Source: a virus (Duplodnaviria > Caudoviricetes). From it: 40,246 bases of DNA. Location: positions 1 to 40,246 of the IMG/VR virus record IMGVR_UViG_3300027835_000010, one strand, 5' to 3'. Position 1 is the first letter of the stretch. The number at the start of each line of letters is the position of its first letter. The translations under genes were made by a program, and so were the position numbers. Under the pieces are notes generated by a model that did not search any database, was not told where the DNA came from, and worked only from the letters and a program-made list of their open reading frames with translations. Positions 7,925-16,420 of the stretch are shown here, one piece after another.

Positions 7925-8994
7925 GCCTGACTGTCTCCCGCCTCGTGTGGGCCGCCCGCTTGCCGGTAATACAGAAGACGGTCCTGTTGCGGCTGGCTGA
8001 CCGTGCCGATGATAGCGGGGGAAAAATATTCCCTGCCGTTGCCACGACGGCGGAGGACTGTGGCATGTCAGAGCGTGCCGCCCGCGACGCCCTCCGGTAC
8101 CTGGAGCAAATCCAGATTCTGGTATGCACTGGCAGCCGGAAGGGTGGACGAGGCAGGGCGACAGAATACCGTATTGACCTTCAGCGGCTCGTGGATCATC
8201 CGAGGGTCCGCGCTGCCGACGATAAAGCCGGCGTGTCATGCCGGGTTGAGATGAAAAATACGGCAGCGTGTGCCGATTTTGATGCCGAAAAGGCGGCACC
8301 TCACGCCGAATTCATTACAAAAAACGCGGCGCCACATGCCGGGTCTGACGATAAAGCCGGCACCTCATGCCGCTTTGATACCGAAAAGGCGGCACCTCAC
8401 GCCGAATTCATTACAAAAAACGCGGCACCACATGCCGGGTCTGACGATAAAGCCGGCACCTCATGCCGCCTTGATGCCGAAAAGGCGGCGCCTCACGCCG
8501 AAAAGGCGGCATCTGGTGCCCCCCAATCTACCAGGAACCTAACAATAAAAGAGTCTCCTGACGGAGACTCCTCAGATGCTCATCGCGCCGCGTCAGTTTC
8601 GAGGGGTGAGGAAATTTCCGAGGCTGTCAACCTTTACAACGAAATGGCCGCCGCCTTGGATCTGCCCGTCGCGCAGAAAATTTCCGACGCCCGCCGCCGC
8701 AAGCTGGCCGCCCGCCTGCGAGATTGCGGAGGCATCGAGGGATGGATGATCGCCCTCGAAAAACTCGCCGAGTCCCCTTTCCTGACCGGCGGCACGGATC
8801 GCGGATTTCGCGCCGACCTCGATTTTCTCTGCCAGGAAAAATCCTTCACGCGGCTGATGGAAGGCTTTTACGCCGACCGCCGGACCGCACCGCAGCCCGG
8901 CCGCCCGACGAGCCCCGGACGCCAAACCACAGCCGACGCCATGGACCACCTCGCCCGTATGCACGCCGCCGCCTTGGCGCGCGAGAGCGCGTAG
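7921..8994 (+). CDS. Phage replication initiator (N-terminal winged HTH, internal iteron repeats)
   Basis: KTVLLRLADRADDSGGKIFPAVATTAEDCGMSERAARDAL HTH_36-like N-terminus; C-terminal ADLDFL...FTRLMEGFY typical of phage initiators. Confidence 0.85.
   Translation: MSLTVSRLVWAARLPVIQKTVLLRLADRADDSGGKIFPAVATTAEDCGMSERAARDALRYLEQIQILVCTGSRKGGRGRATEYRIDLQRLVDHPRVRAADDKAGVSCRVEMKNTAACADFDAEKAAPHAEFITKNAAPHAGSDDKAGTSCRFDTEKAAPHAEFITKNAAPHAGSDDKAGTSCRLDAEKAAPHAEKAASGAPQSTRNLTIKESPDGDSSDAHRAASVSRGEEISEAVNLYNEMAAALDLPVAQKISDARRRKLAARLRDCGGIEGWMIALEKLAESPFLTGGTDRGFRADLDFLCQEKSFTRLMEGFYADRRTAPQPGRPTSPGRQTTADAMDHLARMHAAALARESA
8224..8511 (+). repeat. Iteron array / probable phage origin inside the initiator gene
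   Basis: 96-bp higher-order repeat (starts 8281, 8377, 8473) built from ~20-bp units AAA.(g/c)CGGC(a/g)cc.cA(c/t)GCCG; about ten units, mostly 30-33 bp apart. Confidence 0.85.
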
Positions 8995-9008
8995 GAGCAC
9001 GAACGCCG

Positions 9009-9530
9009 ATGACCGACACCATCTCCACCTTGCCGGCCGTCATCCGGGATAATCTCGGCCTTGCCATCAACCGCATGCCCACCGTCACCCAGTACGCCCC
9101 GGCATTGCAGTCCTGTGAACGGGTCGACGGCTATACCCGACTCATCCCGGCCGACGCCTGCGAGGCCATCGTTGCCGAGGTGCGCGCCATCCTCATGACC
9201 AGGGCGCGGGATCGCGACGCGACCGCCCTTGCCGCGAACCTGATCGGCGCCTATCCCGGCCGCGACCTTGCCGACCCGGGCACCTACACGCGCGCCATCG
9301 CCAGCGTGTTCAGCGAATTCCCCGTTGAACTTGGTGAGGCAGCGGTCGATACGATCACCCGTTACCTGCGCTTCACCCCGACCCGCGCCGACGTTTTCGG
9401 CGCCCTGAGTTCGCTCAGGGGCAAGTTGTTGTGGGCGTCGACCAATGTCGGCCGCCACCTCGCCGAGCACACCCGCCGAGCCGAGGAGGCAGAGCGCCGC
9501 GCCAGGATCATCAAGCGGGGTGCCGCATGA
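9009..9530 (+). CDS. Hypothetical protein in the helicase-loader (lambda P-like) position
   Basis: AGGAG RBS; directly follows the initiator; helical, with a ...LRFTPTRADV motif of the F.P..A.(I/V) type seen in phage loaders/inhibitors. Confidence 0.6.
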   Translation: MTDTISTLPAVIRDNLGLAINRMPTVTQYAPALQSCERVDGYTRLIPADACEAIVAEVRAILMTRARDRDATALAANLIGAYPGRDLADPGTYTRAIASVFSEFPVELGEAAVDTITRYLRFTPTRADVFGALSSLRGKLLWASTNVGRHLAEHTRRAEEAERRARIIKRGAA

Positions 9531-11254
9531 GCGTCATCGTCGAGGCCGGTGACTGCCGGGACACCCTGCGCATGTATGCCGAGTGCGGCATCGCGTTCGA
9601 CTCGTGCGTGGTCGACCCGCCCTATCACCTCGCCTCGATCGTCGAGCGCTTCGGCGGCACGGCGGCGGCGCCGGTCAAGTCCAGCGGGCCGAGCGGAGTC
9701 TATCGCCGTGCCGCAGCCGGCTTCATGGGCAAGCAGTGGGACGGCGGCGACATCGCCTTCGACCCGGCGACCTGGCGGCTTGTGCTCGACGTTCTCAAGC
9801 CCGGGGCCCATCTGGTCGCCTTCGGTGCACCGAAAAATTATCACCGGCTGGCCGTCGCCATCGAGGACGCGGGATTCGAAATACGCAACTCGCCGCTGTT
9901 CCTGTTCAGTGATCGGACGGTCGTCGAGTTCCTCGAAACACTGTCGGAGCGGCAGGCCGAGGCTTTCCTCCGTTGCATTGAGGAAAGCCAATTTGGCGGG
10001 TTGCTGGCGTGGATCTTCGGGACCGGGTTTCCGAAGTCCGACAACATCGGCAAACGCATCGCCAAGATGCGGCGCGAAGATGAGGCTCCGCAGCGTGTCG
10101 TCTGCCGTTTCGTGCGGGCGGCCATGGATGCCCAGAGCATGACCTCGCGCGACTTGGTGCATCACTTCGGCGATTGCCATTCCCGGCTGATCGACCATTG
10201 GGCCGCCCGCGACACCGATAGCCAACCGGCGACACCGACCATGGCGCAATGGGCGATCCTCAAGGCGGCGCTCGACCTCGGCGACGGGATGGACGCCGAG
10301 GTCGAGCGACTCAACGACCGCAAGGGACGACCGGGCGATGACTGGAATGGCGCGGAAGTGATTGGCGAGTATGAAAGCGATATTGCCGGGTTTGGCGAGC
10401 AGCGTTTTTCCGTCCGCGACCGGCTGATTCGCCGTCTGACCGAGGAAGCAGCCAATTGGGAGGATTGGGGGACCGACATCAAGCCGGCCTATGAGCCGAT
10501 CGTGCTCGCCCGCAAGCCGCTGGCCGAGTCCTCCATTGCCCGGCAAGTGCTGGCGACCGGGACCGGAGCACTGAATATCGGCGGGTGCCGGGTGTCGACG
10601 GACGGTCGTGATGATCCGAATTGGCGTCGGGCGGGTCGTCGCGACACCGTCGCCATCGGGTATCGCAAGGGTGGATCACGAGATATCACAGGCGAGAACC
10701 TGAATGACGCCGGCCGGTTCCCCGCCAACGTCCTGCACGACGGCTCGGCCGAGGTGCTCGACCTGTTCGCCGCTTTCGGCCAGGACAAGGGGCAGGCGGC
10801 ACCGCTGCGCACCCGCAACACCGACAAGACGAGATCGGTTTATGGCGCCTTCGCCGGCACATCCGACGCAGATTTCGCGCCCCACGACGCGCCGGCCTCG
10901 GCTGCCCGTTTTTTCTACAGCGCCAAGGCGTCGAGCGGTGAGCGGGTGTATCGCTGCCGGACGTGCGGCGCCCACACCATCGGCAAGCCGTCATGCGGAC
11001 ACAGGGAACTCGACGCCCACCCGACCGTGAAGCCGGTCGAGATCATGCGGTGGCTCTGCCGCCTGGTGACGCCCCCCGGCGGAGTCATCCTCGACCCCTT
11101 CGCCGGCACCGGGACAACCGGCGTTGCCGCCATTCTCGAAGGCTTCTCCGCCGTCCTGTGCGAGCGGGAAGCCGACTATCTCGCCGACATCAACCTCCGC
11201 CTCGACGCTGCCCGAGCCCAGACGCCGGCGCGAGTCGATGAGTGGGAATTCTGA
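9527..11254 (+). CDS. DNA amino-methyltransferase (N6-adenine/N4-cytosine, beta class) with insertions
   Basis: N-terminal DPPY catalytic motif; C-terminal HPTVKP and LDPFAGTGTTG SAM-binding motif. Confidence 0.92.
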   Translation: MSVIVEAGDCRDTLRMYAECGIAFDSCVVDPPYHLASIVERFGGTAAAPVKSSGPSGVYRRAAAGFMGKQWDGGDIAFDPATWRLVLDVLKPGAHLVAFGAPKNYHRLAVAIEDAGFEIRNSPLFLFSDRTVVEFLETLSERQAEAFLRCIEESQFGGLLAWIFGTGFPKSDNIGKRIAKMRREDEAPQRVVCRFVRAAMDAQSMTSRDLVHHFGDCHSRLIDHWAARDTDSQPATPTMAQWAILKAALDLGDGMDAEVERLNDRKGRPGDDWNGAEVIGEYESDIAGFGEQRFSVRDRLIRRLTEEAANWEDWGTDIKPAYEPIVLARKPLAESSIARQVLATGTGALNIGGCRVSTDGRDDPNWRRAGRRDTVAIGYRKGGSRDITGENLNDAGRFPANVLHDGSAEVLDLFAAFGQDKGQAAPLRTRNTDKTRSVYGAFAGTSDADFAPHDAPASAARFFYSAKASSGERVYRCRTCGAHTIGKPSCGHRELDAHPTVKPVEIMRWLCRLVTPPGGVILDPFAGTGTTGVAAILEGFSAVLCEREADYLADINLRLDAARAQTPARVDEWEF

Positions 11255-11267
11255 AAGGGAAAGCGTC

Positions 11268-11552
11268 ATGGCCGGTATGGGGCACAACAGCGGCGTCATT
11301 GATCAGGTTGCCGACGTCGGCGGCATCGCCGCGGACCGCTTGCGCCAATTTATCGAGCGCATTGAACGGCTTGAGGAGGAGCGGGGCAATATCGGCAAGG
11401 ACATCAAGGATGTCTTCGCCGAGGCCAAGGGCACGGGGTTCGACGTCAAGATCATGCGAAAAATCATCGCCATGCGGAAACAGGAAGAGCATGTGCGGAA
11501 GGAAACCGAGGAACTGCTGGATCTCTACAAGCGCGCCCTCAATATGGATTGA
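11268..11552 (+). CDS. gapR: GapR-like nucleoid-associated protein (DUF2312)
   Basis: IAADRLRQFIERIERLEEE...DIKDVFAEAKGTGFDVKIMRKIIAMRK...LLDLYKRAL is the DUF2312/GapR signature. Confidence 0.93.
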   Translation: MAGMGHNSGVIDQVADVGGIAADRLRQFIERIERLEEERGNIGKDIKDVFAEAKGTGFDVKIMRKIIAMRKQEEHVRKETEELLDLYKRALNMD

Positions 11553-11656
11553 GCGGTGCTGTTGCGACATGGTATTCGAGGGAGGTTTTCCGGCGCCTCG
11601 GTCGGCGGCATAGTCACTTCACCCGGCAAGGGTGGTGACGTCCCTTGGCAAGGACA

Positions 11657-12037
11657 TCATGTAGAGCTCTCCTCTCGGTCAGCGTGCAGGGCCCGGTTCG
11701 ATCTTCGAGCCGGGCCTTTCGCTGTTTCCAGCGACTCGCACGCGAGGGCAATCGCCTTCGGCGGCTGCGCCGGCCCGGTCGCCGTCCGACCCATCCCGGA
11801 ATAGTATTTCGCCATCCGCAGCGATATGTCGAGTTCCTCGGCCGCCTTCTTGTGGCTCCATCCCATGCGCTTGCGCCAGGCTTCGAATTCGGCTTGCCCG
11901 AAATGCTCCGGGTCGATTGTGGACATGTCGACATCGGCGCCGACCATCACCGCAACCGGGATGCCGTAGAAGGCGCAGTGGTCGACGAGCTCGCGCGCCT
12001 TGCGCCGGGCTGCGGCGAAGCCTTTCGGTTCGGTCAT
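11657..12037 (-). CDS. XRE-type HTH protein
   Basis: FEAWRKRMGWSHKKAAEELDISLRMAKYY...PPKAIALAC HTH pattern; start uncertain. Confidence 0.7.
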   Translation of the reverse strand: MTEPKGFAAARRKARELVDHCAFYGIPVAVMVGADVDMSTIDPEHFGQAEFEAWRKRMGWSHKKAAEELDISLRMAKYYSGMGRTATGPAQPPKAIALACESLETAKGPARRSNRALHADREESST

Positions 12038-12089
12038 TGGGGTCAGTCTCGAATGGTGGTGGATGCGCCTTTCGTCCTGACAAACGGTA

Positions 12090-12134
12090 GGGCAACGATT
12101 GCTTGACCGCAAGAACAGCCGGGGCAACGATTGC
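12090..12134. promoter_or_regulatory. Operator pair between the divergent HTH gene and the gpZ-like gene
   Basis: GGGCAACGATTGC at 12090-12102 and 12122-12134, 32 bp apart, each with internal dyad GCAA-CGA-TTGC. Confidence 0.65.
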
Positions 12135-12148
12135 CCGGAAGGAATACC

Positions 12149-12781
12149 ATGATCAGCATCGTCATCGAACTCGACCGGCGCCAAAAGGAAAAGCTCCGAG
12201 AGCTTGGACGGCAGGCGCCTTACGCCCTGTCTCGTGCCCTCAACAGGACGGCGCAGGAATCCCAGGTCAGAGTCAAGGGTGATCTCGGCGAGAAGTTCAC
12301 CATCCGCGGACCATGGACGGCGAAGGGTATCCGCATGAAGCCCTCCAACAAACGCCATCTGACGGCACAGGTGGGATCCATTGATCGCTATATGGAGTTG
12401 CAGGAAACAGGCGGAGATAAGACGAGGCACGTCAAGAGCCTGTCCATTCCCTATGGCGCCCGTAAGACAAGAACCCAACTCACCAGAAGAAGCCGCTGGC
12501 CCTCCGCCATGCTGCGCCGATCCGGTTACTTCATCGCCCCCTTGCAGTCTGGCGGCGACACAATGGCCGTATGGCAGAGGTTTGGCAGAAAGAGGCTGAT
12601 GACAAGAGGCGGCAATGCCGGAAAGAAAAAGCAGCCCATCCGGCTGATGTATGTGTTTGATGACGAGACGACCGTCAGGCCTCGCCTCGGGTTATTCGAC
12701 GATGTATCGGACACGGTAAAGAGAAACTTCAGCCGGAATTTCCAATGGGCATACGAGCTTGCCATGTCGACCGCGAGGTGA
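12149..12781 (+). CDS. Basic virion morphogenesis protein, lambda gpZ/tail-completion-like
   Basis: QAPYALSRALNRTA N-terminal motif typical of gpZ-like proteins; very basic; AAGGA RBS. Confidence 0.6.
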   Translation: MISIVIELDRRQKEKLRELGRQAPYALSRALNRTAQESQVRVKGDLGEKFTIRGPWTAKGIRMKPSNKRHLTAQVGSIDRYMELQETGGDKTRHVKSLSIPYGARKTRTQLTRRSRWPSAMLRRSGYFIAPLQSGGDTMAVWQRFGRKRLMTRGGNAGKKKQPIRLMYVFDDETTVRPRLGLFDDVSDTVKRNFSRNFQWAYELAMSTAR

Positions 12782-12870
12782 CCGGGCCGCAGACCCATGA
12801 CCCGCCCGCCGGCAACCTACCCGAAAGTACACCTACCCATTCGACCTATACCTACCCGTTAGTATTAGCC

Positions 12871-13091
12871 GGTTCCCCCTGGGCCGCCGCCGGGTGCGGG
12901 TCCCGCGGGAGCCCGGGCGTTTTCCAGGTAATAATATTTCAACGTGCGCTTTTTGTTTCCATTCCCCTCAGGCTGGCCAACTCGCCGATCGCCCGGGAAT
13001 GCGCGGAAACTCTGGCGGTTGCGCGGCCGACGTGTCGGCCGCCATTGGTGGCTCAAATAGCAAGTCGGGATGGAAACCGGAGGGAAACGCG
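12871..13091 (+). other. Putative lambda-type cos region (cosQ/cosN/cosB)
   Basis: GGTTCCC (12871, cosQ-like), dyad GCGGG-T-CCCGC (12896-12906), AT-rich patch 12928-12942, GTTTCC (12955) and opposed GGAAAC copies (13005, 13072, 13083) resembling lambda R sites; upstream of the Nu1-like gene. Confidence 0.55.
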
Positions 13092-13166
13092 AACCGGCCT
13101 GCGTGTTCGCCGCTGGGCTGCCACGGTTTCGGCTCTCCGTAATTTCTGCCACGAGGAAAGCCGAAA

Positions 13167-13490
13167 ATGAGCGTTAAGAAACCTTCCGCTGCCGACGAGG
13201 TCGCCGTCGGCGATGACGTGCTGTTCGTCCTGCCCGACGGTCAGACGCGCCCCGCCAAGGTCGTGTGCGTTTCCACCCCGAGCCTCACCGCCGCCAATCC
13301 CGGCTGGGCCAACCTCGTCGTGACCGTGGACGGCCTCAACGACTGCCTGCTGGTCCCCGAGGCGGCGGCGCCCGGCGTGCTTCACGTCTGGCGCACCTCC
13401 GTGCACTATTCCGAGGAGCCGAAGCCCCACACCTGGCATTACGCCAAGCTGCCCGAGATCGAGGTCGAGGAAGGCGTCGACCAGTCCTGA
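13167..13490 (+). CDS. Hypothetical protein between cos and terminase
   Basis: GAGGA RBS; GC3-biased codons; VGDDVLFV...RPAKVV...NLVVTVDG...HTWHY, SH3-like beta-rich pattern. Confidence 0.75.
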   Translation: MSVKKPSAADEVAVGDDVLFVLPDGQTRPAKVVCVSTPSLTAANPGWANLVVTVDGLNDCLLVPEAAAPGVLHVWRTSVHYSEEPKPHTWHYAKLPEIEVEEGVDQS

Positions 13491-13496
13491 TAGGGC

Positions 13497-13537
13497 ACCT
13501 GATCTCTCTCGGCCCATCCGCCGATCATCGGTAGGGT
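13497..13537 (+). promoter_or_regulatory. Putative late promoter 1 (before terminase)
   Basis: ACCTGATCTC-N25-TAGGGT; the same motif and spacing recur at 16351, 23386 and 34364. Confidence 0.7.
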
Positions 13538-13566
13538 GAGGGCGTCACGACGTTTCTCCTGCCTCT

Positions 13567-13608
13567 CGCCCCGCCGCCTTGTAACCCACGGCGGCGGGGC
13601 GTTTTTTT
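13567..13608 (+). terminator. Intrinsic terminator upstream of terS
   Basis: Perfect 12-bp stem cgccccgccgcc/ggcggcggggcg, 11-nt loop, T7 tail. Confidence 0.85.
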
Positions 13609-13660
13609 CAGGCAACGCGCTCTCGCTTTCTGCCCCGAGCCCGCACGCGGACCATGATGC

Positions 13661-14173
13661 ATGGGGAAAATCGTCAACCGCAACGTCCTGTCCGAAATCT
13701 TCGGGGTCTCGCTTCCGACCGTCACGGCGTGGATGAAGGCCGGCATGCCGGTCAAGAAGGCGGGTCGCAAGGGGCAGGACTACGAATTCGACACGGCTGA
13801 CGTTTCCAAGTGGCTGAATGAGCGCGAGGCGGCAGCCGCCAAGGGGGACATGTCGAAGTCCTCAAAGGAGGAGGCCGAACGCCGCTATGCCGCCGCCCGA
13901 GCTCGGCGTGAGGAGCTCGCCCTCGCCCGCGAAAGCAACGAGGTGGTGCCGATCAGCGAGGTTTCCGGCGTCGTCGCGACCGAATTTTCCCGGGTGAAAA
14001 CCCGCCTGCTGGCGATCCCCACCAAGCTGCGCCCGATCGTCCAGGAAAGCACCCCGCCGGAGGGTGTCGCCGCCATCATCGCTCATGTCGACAAGATGAT
14101 CTATGAGGCGCTCGGCGAGGTCGTCAGCTATGTCGAGGACTGCGACAAGTCTGACGATGAGCCCGGCGAGTAG
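13661..14173 (+). CDS. Terminase small subunit (Nu1-like)
   Basis: VNRNVLSEIFGVSLPTVTAWMKAGMPV...G...YEFDTADV matches the lambda Nu1 winged HTH; precedes terL. Confidence 0.9.
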   Translation: MGKIVNRNVLSEIFGVSLPTVTAWMKAGMPVKKAGRKGQDYEFDTADVSKWLNEREAAAAKGDMSKSSKEEAERRYAAARARREELALARESNEVVPISEVSGVVATEFSRVKTRLLAIPTKLRPIVQESTPPEGVAAIIAHVDKMIYEALGEVVSYVEDCDKSDDEPGE

Positions 14174-16238
14174 CCGCCCGGCCGGCAAAGGACAAGGCGC
14201 CCGGCGGAGGGTGCGCGCCTCCCCCGGCCCTCCACCGCCCGACGCCCCGACACCCAACATTCTTGACGAAATCCGCCCGCTGTCGCGCCAGCAATTGAGC
14301 CGCGCCGTGCGCCAGGCGATTGCCCGGTCGTGCGCGCCGCCACCCAAGCGCACCGTCAGCGAGTGGGCCGACGCCAAGCGCATGCTCTCGCCCGAGGCAT
14401 CGTCCGAACCCGGCCGCTGGTCGACCGAGCGCGTCGCGCCGGCCAAGGGCGTCATGGACGCGTTCAGCGACCCGGAGGTCGAGAAGGTTTCCGTCATGGC
14501 CTGTACGCAGGTGTTCAAAACTGAATCGTTGAACAACGTCGTCGCCAATTTCATCGACCAGGATCCCAGCCCCATCATGGTGCTGCAGCCGACGCTCACC
14601 ATGGCCGAGGCGTGGTCGAAAGACCGTCTCGTCCCTATGCTGCGCGACACGCCTGCACTTCAGGGTCTGGTCGAAAACAAGTCCAAGGCCTCGGAAAACA
14701 CCATCCTGCACAAGACTTTTCCAGGTGGTCACATCACCATGGCCGGTGCCAACAGCCCGGCCTCCCTCGCATCCCGCCCGATCCGTGTCGTGCTGTGCGA
14801 CGAGGTCGACCGCTACCCGCCATCGGCCGGTAAGGAAGGCGACCCCGTCTCGCTCGTCGTCGAGCGGACGGAAACCTTCTGGAACCGGAAAATCGGCCTC
14901 TTCAGCACGCCCACCGTCAAGGGCAAGAGCCGCATTGAGGCCAGCTACAACGAGTCCGACCAGCGGCGCTTTTTCGTGCCCTGCCCGCACTGCGGCGAGC
15001 GCCACCCGCTGAAATGGACGCAAGTCAAATGGGAGGAAGGCCAGCCCGAGACGGCCGCCTATTGGTGCGAATCATGCGGCTGCAAATGGTCCGAGGCCGA
15101 GCGCCTGCGTGCTATTCGCTGCGCCATGAGTTTTCCCGACCGCGGCTGGCGCCAGACGGCGGAATTTTCCTGCTGCGGCGGCGAAAAGCGCACCCCGTCG
15201 CAATGGGACGATGTCGGCCACTCGCTCTGCCCGGGCTGCGGCAAGCGCTCGCGTTTCGACGGCCATGCCGGCTTCCATCTCAACAAGCTGGCCTCGCCAT
15301 GGACCACGATTCCGAAAATCGTCAAGAAATTCCTGGAATCCAAGCCGTTTCCCGATCGTCTGAAAACCTGGGTCAACACCACCCTCGCCGAGACCTGGGA
15401 GGAATCGGGCGAGACGGTCGACGCTACCGGCCTCCTCTCGCGCCGCGAGCACTATGCCGCCGACCCGGTCCCTGCGTGGGTGCTGCTCATCACCGCCGGC
15501 GCCGACATCCAGCCCGACCGCTTCGAGGTCGAGATCCTTGGCCATGGCCTGGGGGAGCAGACATGGTCGCTCGACTACGTGCGCCACTACGGCGACCCCT
15601 CGACGCAAGCGTTCTGGGAGGCGCTTGACGACGTGCTCGAACGCCGTTTCAAGCATCCCTGCGGCCGGGAACTTCGCATCGAAACCGCCTGCGTCGACAG
15701 CGGAGACAACACGCAGCTCGTCTACGACTTCTGTCGGCCGCGTTTCGGCCGCCGCATCTACGCCATCAAGGGGCGGGGCGGGCCTCATCCGATCTGGCCG
15801 GAACAGGCGACTGTCAATAAGGGCAAGAAAATCGCCATTTTCCTATTGGGCGTCGACACGGCAAAAAGCCTGATCTACAAGCGCCTCAGCATCCGCGGCG
15901 GCCCGGGCTGCTGCCATTTCCCGACGCGTTATTCCGAGACTTACTTCGAGCAGCTTACGGCCGAAAAGGCGATTACCAAGCACCGGAACGGCTTCCCCTA
16001 CACCGTCTGGGAAAAGTCGGAGAGTGCCCGCAATGAAGCACTCGACTGCCGCGTCTACGCCATGGCCGCGCGCTATTCGCTGACCGCGATCGACCTTGAT
16101 CGCCGCGCCGCCCTTCTGTCGGCCCCGCCGCCGCTCGCTCTGCCGCCGGCCGACAGCGATCCACCGACTCCGCCGCCGCCGCCCAAGCCTAAGCCGCCGC
16201 CCCGCCAACGCTACCGCTCCCGCGGTATCCGCGTGTGA
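14157..16238 (+). CDS. Terminase large subunit, lambda gpA family
   Basis: TVSEWAD, Walker-A-like ACTQVFKTE, VVLCDEVDRYP, STPT, CVDSG, NEALDCRVYA; start could be 14103. Confidence 0.96.
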   Translation: MSPASSRPAGKGQGARRRVRASPGPPPPDAPTPNILDEIRPLSRQQLSRAVRQAIARSCAPPPKRTVSEWADAKRMLSPEASSEPGRWSTERVAPAKGVMDAFSDPEVEKVSVMACTQVFKTESLNNVVANFIDQDPSPIMVLQPTLTMAEAWSKDRLVPMLRDTPALQGLVENKSKASENTILHKTFPGGHITMAGANSPASLASRPIRVVLCDEVDRYPPSAGKEGDPVSLVVERTETFWNRKIGLFSTPTVKGKSRIEASYNESDQRRFFVPCPHCGERHPLKWTQVKWEEGQPETAAYWCESCGCKWSEAERLRAIRCAMSFPDRGWRQTAEFSCCGGEKRTPSQWDDVGHSLCPGCGKRSRFDGHAGFHLNKLASPWTTIPKIVKKFLESKPFPDRLKTWVNTTLAETWEESGETVDATGLLSRREHYAADPVPAWVLLITAGADIQPDRFEVEILGHGLGEQTWSLDYVRHYGDPSTQAFWEALDDVLERRFKHPCGRELRIETACVDSGDNTQLVYDFCRPRFGRRIYAIKGRGGPHPIWPEQATVNKGKKIAIFLLGVDTAKSLIYKRLSIRGGPGCCHFPTRYSETYFEQLTAEKAITKHRNGFPYTVWEKSESARNEALDCRVYAMAARYSLTAIDLDRRAALLSAPPPLALPPADSDPPTPPPPPKPKPPPRQRYRSRGIRV

Positions 16239-16350
16239 TACCGGCGAGCGGAACATTTGACACAGGCTCGGACCGGTGCGCCGGCCCTCAAGCGGCCATT
16301 GAGGCGGCGGCCAAGCGCGGAGCGCGCCCGGCGAGGGCGCCGGTATGAGT

Positions 16351-16391
16351 ACCCGACCTCGTCAACGCCTCGTCCGCCCCCGCCGTAAGGT
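16351..16391 (+). promoter_or_regulatory. Putative late promoter 2 (head genes)
   Basis: ACCCGACCTC-N25-TAAGGT followed by ACCGGCGG at +53, identical spacing to the copy at 34364. Confidence 0.75.
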
Positions 16392-16420
16392 GCAATCCGG
16401 CATACCGGCGGGGACAAGCC

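Noticed and set aside
6665-8299. Long antisense or alternate-frame ORFs (also 9362-10546, 16855-18330, 19456-21030, 24645-26033, 28684-30153)
   Set aside because: Shadows of well-supported plus-strand genes, with Arg/Pro/Gly-rich composition and no motifs.
8281-8511. Repeat array considered as CRISPR
   Set aside because: No unique spacers, units are in-frame inside a gene, and no cas genes; fits iterons.
4251-11254. Classical type II restriction-modification system
   Set aside because: The MTases are of the orphan phage type within the early lytic operon and the nuclease resembles MmcB rather than a cognate restriction enzyme; kept only as a modification hypothesis.
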